A stretch of DNA of 64,000 bases, taken from contig JAYXXD010000001.1 in the NCBI GenBank assembly GCA_036019775.1, positions 3,202 to 67,201 on the forward strand. The letters are read 5' to 3'. This stretch comes from Thermoplasmatota archaeon (GTDB taxonomy: Archaea; Thermoplasmatota; Poseidoniia; Poseidoniales; Poseidoniaceae). Positions 1 through 9,874 of the stretch are shown here, in pieces (the first letter of the stretch is position 1; the number at the start of each line of letters is the position of its first letter). A program made the translations under genes and the position numbers. The notes beneath the pieces are model-generated. The model saw nothing but the letters and a program-made list of their open reading frames with translations. It ran no database searches and was not told where the DNA came from.

Positions 1-2
1 TA

Positions 3-269
3 CTCTGGGATTTGCTTCTAGGATTGCATATCATTTCTTTACTGGTTCCGAAACGGTATGCAATAACCTCGACCCATCTTTTTGCTGATGGACAACGTTA
101 CGAGTGGGGGCGGCTCGTACTCCCTAAACGTCAACCAAAACATCGCATCATGTTGTTGAGGAAAGGGTGGGGCCCATTTGGACCACTCCCTCTGGGTGGT
201 GATCGTGGTGATCTTGATATTGCAGCTGAGAAAATCATCGAAATTCTTCACCCAGACCAAGAGGAATGA
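3..269 (+). CDS. 3' part of a hypothetical membrane-associated protein (truncated by window start)
   Basis: Frame open from position 3 to TGA at 269; hydrophobic start (LWDLLLGLHIISLL) followed by a soluble tail. Confidence 0.6.
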   Translation, partial: LWDLLLGLHIISLLVPKRYAITSTHLFADGQRYEWGRLVLPKRQPKHRIMLLRKGWGPFGPLPLGGDRGDLDIAAEKIIEILHPDQEE

Positions 270-309
270 GGAGAGGTATGGCTAAGTGATTCCTTGCCGT
301 GTTTGCATC

Positions 310-750
310 ATGGAATGGGCGCGTAGCGGAGATGATGTGGTTGTCGTCCTAGAACCGGGCGAAGAGATTCATGCTTCTTTACGTCAACTTGCAGATGAAC
401 TTGGAATTGATGGAGCAATGATCACAAGTGGAATTGGTCGAACGATGAATTCAACATTTGGTTACATGGATGAAACGTTCACCTATCATCGGCGAACCCT
501 TGAACAACCTGCAGAGCTCGTCACGCTTCAGGGTAATCTGGCTCGACATCAAGATGGATCGGCATTCACTCATCTTCACGCAACGTTTGCAGACGATGAT
601 TTTGTAACTCAATCGGGGCACATGTTCGAAGCAACGGTATTTGTTGTAGCTGAAATCCACATGCGCATCATGTCGAAGGTGGTGATGACTCGCTGCCCGA
701 TGGTTGATGGAGAGTTTGTTGAATTAAAACTGAAAAATCATGAACCTTAA
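310..750 (+). CDS. PPC/DUF296 domain protein (putative DNA-binding)
   Basis: LEPGEE, SGIG, ELVTLQGN, HLHATF and SGHM motifs typical of DUF296; start could be 286 (GTG) or 310 (ATG). Confidence 0.85.
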   Translation: MEWARSGDDVVVVLEPGEEIHASLRQLADELGIDGAMITSGIGRTMNSTFGYMDETFTYHRRTLEQPAELVTLQGNLARHQDGSAFTHLHATFADDDFVTQSGHMFEATVFVVAEIHMRIMSKVVMTRCPMVDGEFVELKLKNHEP

Positions 751-774
751 ATGGGTTCAACTTGGTGGTTAAAC

Positions 775-2895
775 ATGGCTCATGATGGCGAAGAATATAC
801 TTCCAAACAGAGCCGCGTAGCTTGGTTGGCGGAACAAATCGCATATCATTCAGATTTGTATTACAACCAAGCAAGGACTGAGATTTCAGATGCTGAATTT
901 GATGCACTTTGGGATGAACTCAAGCAAGCCAATCCCGAGCATCCACAATTACAACGGGTTGGGGCGGAAATCGATCCAGGGACTGTTAAAGTCGATCATA
1001 TGTTTCCAATGCGTTCTCTAAACAAAGGAACAGATGACGGGGACATTGCTCATTTTGTGAGGGAATCTTCCCTTGAATCAACACGATTCATTTCTCAACC
1101 AAAACTCGACGGGTCAGCACTTTCACTTGAATACAGAAAAGGGCGCTTAGTTCGCGCAGCAACTCGCGGTAGTGGCGATAGGGGTGAAGACGTCACCAAG
1201 AATGCTCGGAAGGTCGAGAACGTACCACATACACTCGGTACAGAGGTCGATGTTCACATCCGTGGCGAGGTCGTGATGAGAAAGTCTGTGTTTGAAGAAA
1301 AGTATCGGAAGATTTCCCCAAATCCACGAAATCTCGCGGCAGGGGCACTTCGTCAGAAAAAAGCAGATGGAAAAGCAGAAGCAAGTGACTTGGTGTTTTT
1401 GGCATACGATGCCAAATTTCCGAACGAATCGCACCGACATCCAGATTCGCAAGCGCCACCCAATGACTCATTTGACAGCCGAATTCTTGAATGGTTGAGC
1501 AAAGTTGCAGGCGTTGAGCCAGCACCTTGGGTTGTTCATGATTCAGATACTGAAGCGACCTCTATTGCTTCTCTGTGTAATGAAACACAAACTTGGAGTG
1601 GAAAGCGAGAGGCGTATAGTTTTGAAATCGATGGGCTCGTCTTCAAAGTTGATGACCTGGAAAAGCGAGAGTTACTTGGTATGACAGCACATCACCCCCG
1701 CTGGGCTTTAGCTTGGAAGTTTCCTCCCGAGGAGGCAGACTCGGTCCTTCTCGATGTTGACTGGCAGACAGGCCGAACGGGTACGATTACACCTGTTGCG
1801 CGCATCGCACCTCAACGCGTAGGTGGCGTAACTGTGGAAAACACCACCTTGCATAACCTTGGAGAGGTTGAACGATTGGGTATTCAAATTGGCGATAAAG
1901 TTCGCATAGTGCGTCGTGGAGATGTAATTCCGAAGATTGAAGCGAGCCTTGGTCCAGCAACACAGCACGATCTCGATGGTCGGGTGCATGCGGATGGAGA
2001 ACCATTCCATAGTGAGTTGCCACAACGTCGGGCAATTACACCTCCGAATGTATGCCCTTCTTGCGAGGGGCCAGTTGAAATTGAAGGGGCATTCCTTCGC
2101 TGCACAGACGTTCAATGTACGGCACGACTGGGTCGAAGCCTCCTCTATTATTGCAGAGCATTAGAAATGGATGGAATCGGAGAGAAACTTGTCGAGCAAC
2201 TGATCGATGAAGGCCTCGTATCGAGTATTGCTGACTTGTATCGACTCGATATTCGCATGTTACTCTCACTTGATCGAATGGGGCAAAAGTCAGCAGAGAA
2301 AGTTCTCAATGAAATCAACAAGAGTCGTTCAATGACCTTCTCGAAGTACCTTAGTGCACTTGGTTTGCCAGGCATAGGTCCAGAACTTGCGACGGCAATC
2401 TCCAACCATTTCAAAGATCCAGATCAACTCCTAGGTTGGGCTAGAGAAAGCCTCGATGACGAATCAAGAATATCCGAATTGACAAGGATTGATGGAGTCG
2501 GTGAAATCGTTGCGCTCCAATTGCGAAATGGAGTACACCTTCGAAAGGCATTCATTACCGACCTTCTCTCTTTCTTGACAATCCAGCAAGAAGAGTTCGT
2601 AGACGCCGGAGGGCCACTCGAGGGTATGACCTTCTGTGTAACAGGTACACTTTCAGAATCGAGGAAGAGTATTCAAGCCCGAATCAAGGCTGGTGGCGGA
2701 AAGGTTGTAAGCAGCGTTTCTGGGAATTTATCCGTACTTGTGGCTGGAGAGAACGCAGGGTCTAAACTTGCGAAGGCGGAAAAACTGAATGTCCAAGTTT
2801 GGGATGAGAAAACTTTGCTACAACGATTGTCAGAAACGACTCTTTCCCCTGAAAACAAATCGTCTGCGACCCAACCAACACTGTTTGATTATTGA
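775..2895 (+). CDS. ligA: NAD+-dependent DNA ligase
   Basis: YY..ISDAEFD domain Ia, KLDG adenylation motif, NPRNLAAG, IDGLVFK, Cys4 Zn finger (CPSC...C....C), HhH repeats, C-terminal BRCT (TG.L...GG..SSVS...W); start 751 or 775. Confidence 0.97.
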   Translation: MAHDGEEYTSKQSRVAWLAEQIAYHSDLYYNQARTEISDAEFDALWDELKQANPEHPQLQRVGAEIDPGTVKVDHMFPMRSLNKGTDDGDIAHFVRESSLESTRFISQPKLDGSALSLEYRKGRLVRAATRGSGDRGEDVTKNARKVENVPHTLGTEVDVHIRGEVVMRKSVFEEKYRKISPNPRNLAAGALRQKKADGKAEASDLVFLAYDAKFPNESHRHPDSQAPPNDSFDSRILEWLSKVAGVEPAPWVVHDSDTEATSIASLCNETQTWSGKREAYSFEIDGLVFKVDDLEKRELLGMTAHHPRWALAWKFPPEEADSVLLDVDWQTGRTGTITPVARIAPQRVGGVTVENTTLHNLGEVERLGIQIGDKVRIVRRGDVIPKIEASLGPATQHDLDGRVHADGEPFHSELPQRRAITPPNVCPSCEGPVEIEGAFLRCTDVQCTARLGRSLLYYCRALEMDGIGEKLVEQLIDEGLVSSIADLYRLDIRMLLSLDRMGQKSAEKVLNEINKSRSMTFSKYLSALGLPGIGPELATAISNHFKDPDQLLGWARESLDDESRISELTRIDGVGEIVALQLRNGVHLRKAFITDLLSFLTIQQEEFVDAGGPLEGMTFCVTGTLSESRKSIQARIKAGGGKVVSSVSGNLSVLVAGENAGSKLAKAEKLNVQVWDEKTLLQRLSETTLSPENKSSATQPTLFDY

Positions 2896-2952
2896 GAAAT
2901 TTTCTGTCGCAAAGAACGAACATTCTTAACGAGTACGGTCTACTTTTTCTCT

Positions 2953-5463
2953 ATGCAACTCAAAGCCGTTCTCCTTTCTGCTGTTGTTGCAATGGTCCTA
3001 CTCACACCTGTAATCGAAGCGAATTCAAGTGGTAAGCACTTCTCCTCAGTAGGCTGCGGCTGTCATGGAGGAAGCAGCCCTTCTGTTGCTATTTCTGAGA
3101 ATTTCCCATCGAGTTACACTGCTGGCCAAACATATTCAATTCAAGTTTCAGTATCTGGAGGTGTATCAGGTACACATGGGGGTTTCAATGTTGAAGTTGA
3201 CAAAGGATCACTTTCGACAGGAGGGAACTCGGGCGTCAAAGTAAGTGGCAAATCGATAACGCACTCGAACAAGGCGAATCGAGCATGGACTTTCGATTGG
3301 ACTGCTCCACCTTCTGGAAGCGGAACAGTATCGGTTGGAATAGCTGGATTGACAGCGAATGGCGCAAACGGAGATAATGGTGATGCTTGGTCCACCAAAT
3401 CCGTAACCATCACAGAAACGATTGTCGTATCCAACACTCCACCAACTGCATCTGATGTTCAAATTTCACCATCCAGTGCAACATCAAGCGATGACATTAC
3501 GCTCACCTACACATTTTCCGACCAAGACAGTGGTGATACTGAATCAGGGACGACAATCCATTGGTCATTCAATGGGACACATCAACCACAGTTTGACGGT
3601 ATGATGACAATTTCGAGTACATTTACCTCCAAAGGAGACAACTGGCAAGCATCGGTCACACCGAGTGATGGAGAAGACTTCGGCGCAACCGAGACTTCAA
3701 ACACAATCACGGTGTTGAACTCCCTTCCTACGATTTCTTCGGCCGCCATATCTCCATTGAATCCAACGTCGAACGATGACCTAATTGCGTCAAAAAGCGG
3801 TGATGTGGACAATGATGAAGATGCGCTTACTTTCGAGTATCGCTGGTATCTAAACGGCATTTTGCAAGACGGCTTGGATGATATTTCAGTCGTACCCTCG
3901 TTAGCGACACGGGCTGGCGATAGTTGGGAAGTCGAAGTCCGTGCTCATGATGGGGATGGCCACTCCTCATGGGTTCGTTCAAATCCCGTTTCCATTGTGG
4001 GAGATGAGTCAAACAATGCTCCAACGGTAGATAGTATCACGGTCTCACCTGCCAATCCGAAAACTCTTGACACACTTGTGGCCTTCTCCACCTCTTCCGA
4101 TGCAGATATGGATTCTATTGTTAACACACAATACCGATGGTTGAAAAACGATGTCTTGACCTTAATTACAACATCAACACTTGATTCAACGATGACGGCG
4201 AAAGGCGATCTTTGGGTAGTCGAAGTGCGAGTAAATGACGGCACGGAATGGTCAAATTGGACATCATCGCCAAATATCGAAATACTGAACTCTGCTCCTG
4301 TATTGGAATCAGCAAATATCAGCATTTCAGAAGCAACTACCAATCAAAATGTGACCGTGATGGCAACGATGAGCGACGTTGATGGAGACCAACAAACGAT
4401 GAGCGTAACATGGTACCTTGAGGGTGAAATACAACTGGAGTACAACAATCAAGCAACGCTTCCATCTTCTGCCACAAACAAAGGCGATTCGTGGACTGCT
4501 GTCGTACAAGCAAATGATGGTGAAGCAATGAGTTCTCAAAGCGAAACGCTTTCTGTGATCATACTTAACTCAGAACCACTTCTTTCTGTATCTCTTGATA
4601 ATGCAACTTCTCAAGACGACCTTTCCGTTCAGACAACTATCGCTGACATTGACGGTGATACCACTGAAGTTTCATCGATTACGTGGTTCAGAAATGGATT
4701 TAGAGAAAGCTCACTTGATGATGCAACAAACGTTCCGTCTTCGTATCTCGGTCCAGGTCAAATATGGAGTGTCGAAGTTGTTGTCACAGATGGGACGTCG
4801 ACAGTTAATTCAACAGCTACTATCGTTGTAGAAAATACACCTCCTCTTGCGAGGATTTCTGTACAGACAGATGCGCTTTATGCTGGTGAGCGAGTAATTC
4901 TATCAGGAATAACCTCAACCGATTCAGACAATTCCATTATCCGTTATCAATGGATTTGGATGAATGGAGCGTCCTCTGGAGATGAGACGTCGTTCCTGAT
5001 GCCAGCAAGCGGAACCGTTGAGGTATTTCTCACAGTTACCGATGAATCTGGAGCAACGAATTCAACCTCTATCACGATTGAACCCATCTCAGCTTTGTCT
5101 TGTCCAAATCTTACTCGAACGGTATCTGGTACCAACGTTCAACTCGATTGGACCTGGACATCCTCTGCTCCAGCATCGTTTGAAATTTCTCGAAATGGTG
5201 TGATCATCGGTATGACAAATGAGACAACCTTTAGTGACTCTCCAAATTTAGGTGGTAGTTCAAACTATGAGATCCAAACAATGCTCGGCGATCGGATTCT
5301 CGAATCTCCGTGTCAGTCCCCTTCAGTAAACGTCGATATTGATTCATTGACAATTGAGGTTGAGCAGGGGCCATCTTCCTTTGCAGGTCTAGGTTTGGGT
5401 TCAGTCTACATCATTATCGGAATCCTGTTATTTGGTGCGGCTCTATTTGGTAGAGGGGATTGA
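2953..5463 (+). CDS. Secreted, membrane-anchored protein: Reeler-like (choice-of-anchor V-type) N-domain with CGCH motif, about 5 Ig-like repeats, PKD-like domain, C-terminal TM
   Basis: Signal peptide; NSSG..CGCHG; Y.AGQTY.I.V and WTFDWTAP Reeler-like motifs; repeated N.PP...D.D.D...W..NG...T.KGD.W..V..DG; hydrophobic C-terminus. Confidence 0.75.
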   Translation: MQLKAVLLSAVVAMVLLTPVIEANSSGKHFSSVGCGCHGGSSPSVAISENFPSSYTAGQTYSIQVSVSGGVSGTHGGFNVEVDKGSLSTGGNSGVKVSGKSITHSNKANRAWTFDWTAPPSGSGTVSVGIAGLTANGANGDNGDAWSTKSVTITETIVVSNTPPTASDVQISPSSATSSDDITLTYTFSDQDSGDTESGTTIHWSFNGTHQPQFDGMMTISSTFTSKGDNWQASVTPSDGEDFGATETSNTITVLNSLPTISSAAISPLNPTSNDDLIASKSGDVDNDEDALTFEYRWYLNGILQDGLDDISVVPSLATRAGDSWEVEVRAHDGDGHSSWVRSNPVSIVGDESNNAPTVDSITVSPANPKTLDTLVAFSTSSDADMDSIVNTQYRWLKNDVLTLITTSTLDSTMTAKGDLWVVEVRVNDGTEWSNWTSSPNIEILNSAPVLESANISISEATTNQNVTVMATMSDVDGDQQTMSVTWYLEGEIQLEYNNQATLPSSATNKGDSWTAVVQANDGEAMSSQSETLSVIILNSEPLLSVSLDNATSQDDLSVQTTIADIDGDTTEVSSITWFRNGFRESSLDDATNVPSSYLGPGQIWSVEVVVTDGTSTVNSTATIVVENTPPLARISVQTDALYAGERVILSGITSTDSDNSIIRYQWIWMNGASSGDETSFLMPASGTVEVFLTVTDESGATNSTSITIEPISALSCPNLTRTVSGTNVQLDWTWTSSAPASFEISRNGVIIGMTNETTFSDSPNLGGSSNYEIQTMLGDRILESPCQSPSVNVDIDSLTIEVEQGPSSFAGLGLGSVYIIIGILLFGAALFGRGD

Positions 5464-5465
5464 TT

Positions 5466-6422
5466 ATGAAACAGAAATTAATTCTCATACTTGCATTGTT
5501 ACTTATTATTCCGCTTCACGCTAGCGGGAATCCCGGTGGAGTCGGCAACGGGTTGGAAAACATGCAGTGCGGGGGAGCTTGTCACGGCGATGCCAATCAG
5601 AACGCTACGTCGAATTTACAACTCAATTTACAACCTTCTGGAACTGTTTGGGTTGGTCAACCTACTGAAATTACTGTCCAGATTTCAGGATTTGACACAT
5701 CACATGATGTTGATCAAATCGGAATTTTCCTTCTTTCCTCGACCAATGCTAACGGCGATATCCCAACAACCGATGGCTGGAGCATACTTTCCGATGGAAT
5801 GGGTGGCTCAAACAATTACATCGAGTTTGCACCCCCCGAATCGAACGTTCTTTCCCATTCCTGGATCCTTCGTGCCGATGAGATAGGAAAGAAATTGCTC
5901 TACGTATCGGTGCACCATGGGGACAATTCAGGAAACGATGCTGGAAGCCCCTTTTTTGGCGTTTCTGAAGCATTCGAAATTTCAGTTGAACCCATCCCTG
6001 AAAATCTACAAAGAATCAGTCCAGAATACGACCCACCGACATCAAGAGAGGTAGGTGAATCAACGACGTTGTGTCTCAAAACAATTGCAGCAAATAACGT
6101 TGTTATTGAATGGCGGGAGCCATCCGGAGAGTCGTATCAACTTGAGACCACACAAAACAACGGTTGCTGGGCCGCTGACCTACCGTCTGCATTAACCGCT
6201 TCCACAATCGAATGGAGAGCCATCCTAGATGGTGAAGGGCCACAACAAACTACACCCTGGTTCTCTCTTTCAAGTGTTGATCCAACGTGGGAAGCAGATG
6301 AAACAGCGCTGTTACTCCAATCGATTGCTCACGTGGTTCTCTTCTTTGGCTTGGTCATCCTCGTCCGAAAACCGAAACATCGAGAGGATGGGTTCAAAGA
6401 TTACATGGAGGAGAACATATGA
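5466..6422 (+). CDS. Secreted, membrane-anchored Reeler-like protein with CGGACH motif
   Basis: Signal peptide, NPGG...CGGACHG, C-terminal TM followed by RKPK; directly downstream of 2953-5463. Confidence 0.65.
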   Translation: MKQKLILILALLLIIPLHASGNPGGVGNGLENMQCGGACHGDANQNATSNLQLNLQPSGTVWVGQPTEITVQISGFDTSHDVDQIGIFLLSSTNANGDIPTTDGWSILSDGMGGSNNYIEFAPPESNVLSHSWILRADEIGKKLLYVSVHHGDNSGNDAGSPFFGVSEAFEISVEPIPENLQRISPEYDPPTSREVGESTTLCLKTIAANNVVIEWREPSGESYQLETTQNNGCWAADLPSALTASTIEWRAILDGEGPQQTTPWFSLSSVDPTWEADETALLLQSIAHVVLFFGLVILVRKPKHREDGFKDYMEENI

Positions 6423-6970
6423 TTGAATCTGCCACGTTTCATGTGATAACGACAGAACTCGTTGTCGGGTCGTTTGCACTTGCAGGTTTATGTTTTGTCT
6501 TGCATTCGATTTTGTCGATTCAAAATAAAAACAGTCAATACCTTGCGATGATGGATTCAACGGCACATATGGCCTTATTGTTTGGCCTACTCGCATTACC
6601 GTTCGCAATATCTTCAGGCCTAGGATCGTCGCCAAGTGGAGCCCACACCTCTCCTCTTCTTGCCAACAAAATGTTACTTTCAACAGCAGGAGGAGGACTT
6701 GCTTTAGGCGTTTTATTCACGCGTTGGAAAATGGGTGGTGACATAAATTCGCACCACATTCACAATGCGTTTGGTTCCATTTCAACAGGTTGCATGCTCC
6801 TTACTGCATCGCTTGGAGGGACCTATACAAGGGCTGATTCACTCACAGAATTTTTGCCCTTCGTCAAAGAAACTACACTCCTACTTCCAGCATGGATGAG
6901 CATCCTCGTAATTCTGGTCATACTTGCTGCGTTAATTGTGCGACAGACATCAACCGTAAAGCATGGATGA
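6419..6970 (+). CDS. Integral membrane protein, DUF2231-like
   Basis: About 5 TM segments; N-terminal FHV..T.L and TASLGG motif reminiscent of DUF2231; ATGA overlap with upstream gene. Confidence 0.5.
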   Translation: MIESATFHVITTELVVGSFALAGLCFVLHSILSIQNKNSQYLAMMDSTAHMALLFGLLALPFAISSGLGSSPSGAHTSPLLANKMLLSTAGGGLALGVLFTRWKMGGDINSHHIHNAFGSISTGCMLLTASLGGTYTRADSLTEFLPFVKETTLLLPAWMSILVILVILAALIVRQTSTVKHG

Positions 6971-7747
6971 CGGTGAAGGCGCCTCAGTAGGAGCTGCTTG
7001 GCTGAGCAGTGATTTTAGTTGTTCCTCAAGCAATTGCGCCTCTTCAAGTAGAGGTTGATCATCAAGATGTGTTGTTGGTAAAATAGCATTGAGTTTCTTG
7101 ACCAATGCAGCCGCAGCTCTCGCATCAGGGAATCGAGGGTCAGCCTCGACCATAACGCTCATGACATCGATGGCTCTTCTGCGAGCCTCACTGAGCAGAA
7201 CACCGTTGATACCGCGAATGACACCGCTGGTCAAGAGAGGCATCTCCATCTCTTTCAGCATATCACATACGTGGTCTGTTGCTCCAATGCCGAGCAAATC
7301 AATTCCATCTGTATCCTCATAATCAACAGTTGGCTCTTCGATACCTGAATTTCCACCAAGACCTTCCTTGGAAAAGGCATCGACCAAAATACCCATGCGA
7401 ATTTTCGAACCCTTTGACCAATCATACAAAGCCCATACAATATCGTGAACCAATGGGCTTGGAATAACAAGTTCGCTCATAAGCAAGATGATTTTATCAC
7501 ATCCTTCAATACTGCATTCAGGCTTCCCTGCATACGCTCGAATGATTGGCATTGGTTTCCCATCAGTGACCAGTGTCAATGGTGGTAGACGAGAGTCAAC
7601 AACTCCTCCAACAAATTCAAGATCCAGATTATCGATTAAATAATGCCCGACAACGCTTGATACCATTCCAACACTTGGAAAACAAGTAATGACAAGCGCA
7701 CCTTCGGTAATCACGTCTGCTCTAATTTTGACAAGGGTCCCTTCCAT
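6950..7747 (-). CDS. PAC2-family proteasome assembly chaperone
   Basis: FPSVGMVS, G.I.G..G.LL and PDARAAA motifs; ends LYG (HbYX-like). Confidence 0.9.
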   Translation of the reverse strand: MEGTLVKIRADVITEGALVITCFPSVGMVSSVVGHYLIDNLDLEFVGGVVDSRLPPLTLVTDGKPMPIIRAYAGKPECSIEGCDKIILLMSELVIPSPLVHDIVWALYDWSKGSKIRMGILVDAFSKEGLGGNSGIEEPTVDYEDTDGIDLLGIGATDHVCDMLKEMEMPLLTSGVIRGINGVLLSEARRRAIDVMSVMVEADPRFPDARAAAALVKKLNAILPTTHLDDQPLLEEAQLLEEQLKSLLSQAAPTEAPSPSSMLYG

Positions 7748-7827
7748 GACCACAACTTTGCAAGGAAGCATTCAACACTTTCGGCTTCAAGCGTAGGTTT
7801 CATGTCCATCAAGGACCGGCATTGACC

Positions 7828-8982
7828 ATGGTCGAACAACGCATGCACAGCCTCTCGCCTTCTGCGTGGAATCGATACGAGACATGTCCCCGGATGTATT
7901 GGCTGAGCCGACAAGGCCTGCCCAAAAAGACTGGAATGGCTGCATCATTAGGAACTGCAGTTCATGCATCAATCGAAGATTTGCTGCAAATCGATCTCTC
8001 AGGACGTGAACCTGCAGAATCAAATTGGATTCGCTTCGAAGCAGATAAGTTGCTCAGGAATCGATGGGAAGAGGAAAAGCAAATTTTTCATGACACGCCA
8101 CGTCATCCAAACTGGAAAGAAGAGAAATACAAGGAAGCCCAAAAACAACAGAAGGGAGCAATCAATATGCTTCTCGATCATGTCGGAGTCCAGGGTTTGT
8201 CACATGAGCGAATTACTATCGCTTTATGGAAGAAAATACAATCGCTTGTGATCGCAGTCGAGGGCGAATTGGTGACAAAGGATGGCCGCTTGATGGGACG
8301 ATTGGATCTTCTACTCGCACATGTTGATGAATCTGGAAGCCTTACTGGCTGGCTTGTTGCTGATTTGAAGACCGGAAAACCACCACAAGGCAAACTCAAG
8401 CCTGAAGTCAATCGACAATTGAGGATGTATCGAGACATCCTTTTGTCAAATAATGAGAAAGCACCTCCAGTACAAGCACAGGGTTGGTATACAGATACAT
8501 CTTCAAAATGGGATGCAATTGGGGAAAACGTACTCGAGGCTGCATATGAGGCATGGAATGCCACGAAGCCAAGCGATACCCCTCTAAAGCCAACGCCAGG
8601 ACAGTCCTCTTGTGGAGGGTTTTGCGATTGGAAAGCTTGGTGCCCACATTGGTGGAATTGGCGGCATGAAAACAAAACGCTCCATAAGGGCGACTTTTCA
8701 GACGGGGTCGTGATTTTGCAACAGTATGACCAACAACGTTCAACAGCAATTGTTGAAGAATGCATACCGGAAAATGAGTTTGGCGGCGTTAAACCAACGG
8801 GGCAAATACGCAACGTCACCTTCGATGGACGAGGCAAAGAAGCCATCGAGAGTTTACTGGATGAGGGACATCAAGGGCCAATTTTCCTCGGGAGCGCAAT
8901 GATGAATCGTGAAGTTTGGCGTGTAGGACCGTGGTGCGATGTCTTACCATGGGCCCCTATTCTAGACTCAGGTAAGTCTTGA
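7828..8982 (+). CDS. RecB-family/Cas4-like PD-(D/E)XK nuclease with Fe-S cysteines
   Basis: LSPS...CPR.Y, GTAVH, E..L..GRLD, DLKTG, QLRMY and C..FC.WK.WCP. Confidence 0.9.
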   Translation: MVEQRMHSLSPSAWNRYETCPRMYWLSRQGLPKKTGMAASLGTAVHASIEDLLQIDLSGREPAESNWIRFEADKLLRNRWEEEKQIFHDTPRHPNWKEEKYKEAQKQQKGAINMLLDHVGVQGLSHERITIALWKKIQSLVIAVEGELVTKDGRLMGRLDLLLAHVDESGSLTGWLVADLKTGKPPQGKLKPEVNRQLRMYRDILLSNNEKAPPVQAQGWYTDTSSKWDAIGENVLEAAYEAWNATKPSDTPLKPTPGQSSCGGFCDWKAWCPHWWNWRHENKTLHKGDFSDGVVILQQYDQQRSTAIVEECIPENEFGGVKPTGQIRNVTFDGRGKEAIESLLDEGHQGPIFLGSAMMNREVWRVGPWCDVLPWAPILDSGKS

Positions 8983-9772
8983 TTTCTTCAACGGCATGGT
9001 CGTCCTCAATACCATTTGGAGAGAGCAACCATTGAAGATAACGAGGATCGATTCCGGTTAATTCTTCCAGATGCCGTCCACGGTGGCGGCCAACTGCAAG
9101 AACCATGTGATCCCCGTCCCGGCGTACCATCCCATTCGGATCAACAACTTCCAAGTCATCGAGTTGTGGGCCGAGATCAGATTGAGCCTTAGCAGTTGAA
9201 CCAGTTGCACACCACTGTTCAACCTCTTCCAATGATTTACGAAAGTAACTTGGATGATCCAACCCCAATTTCCATAGAAGCAACAAGGATGCAGCAGCAT
9301 CTGCGGATGCCGTGTGGGCATTTTCTAAGGAAATGCCATGGCGATTGCACTGTGCTCCAAGGCGATGAGGTCGAGGTAATTTGAGTCTACGAACCATTTC
9401 GAGTGTATCGAGAACTGCCTTCGGTTCTGGAGGCAGAGCTCCGATTCGTAAGTATTCATTTCGTAACATCGCAAGGTCGAATTGGCGAACATTGTGGCCA
9501 ATGAGGACACAACCCTCGATTAACTCAGCAACACGATCTGCAATTTCTGCAAAATCAGGTTCTCCACGAACATCAGCATCCGATATCCCATGAATTCGCT
9601 GTGAGTCGTAAGGAATAGGTCGACGTGGATTGACCAATTGGTCATAGGAAATTTCTGAACCATCTGCATCAGAACCAATGAGGGCCAATTGAACTATTCG
9701 ATCTTTGGAGGTACTGATGCCTGTAGTTTCTAAATCGAAAGCGAGAACCCGTTCGCCTTCAAGCAGCTCCAT
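8957..9772 (-). CDS. DEDDh 3'-5' exonuclease (DnaQ/Pol III epsilon-like)
   Basis: FDLETTG, IHGI, GHN..FD, LDT and H.A.AD motifs; C-terminal GRHRG...YLQW domain. Confidence 0.93.
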   Translation of the reverse strand: MELLEGERVLAFDLETTGISTSKDRIVQLALIGSDADGSEISYDQLVNPRRPIPYDSQRIHGISDADVRGEPDFAEIADRVAELIEGCVLIGHNVRQFDLAMLRNEYLRIGALPPEPKAVLDTLEMVRRLKLPRPHRLGAQCNRHGISLENAHTASADAAASLLLLWKLGLDHPSYFRKSLEEVEQWCATGSTAKAQSDLGPQLDDLEVVDPNGMVRRDGDHMVLAVGRHRGRHLEELTGIDPRYLQWLLSPNGIEDDHAVEEIKTYLSLE

Positions 9773-9874
9773 GAAAACCCCCAATAAGATGCAATTGAAG
9801 AACTATCTCCTAAGCCACGTTGTTGACAGAATTGCTTCACTCAGTTTAATGAATGTCCCTTGATACGGAAGGGT

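Noticed and set aside
8178..8846. Long antisense ORFs (this one, 28911-29483, 39848-40429, 52337-52831 and similar)
   Set aside because: They lie wholly opposite well-supported genes and have no recognisable motifs; treated as shadow ORFs
7828..8982. CRISPR-Cas locus suggested by the Cas4-like nuclease
   Set aside because: No cas1/cas2 and no repeat-spacer array seen anywhere in the window
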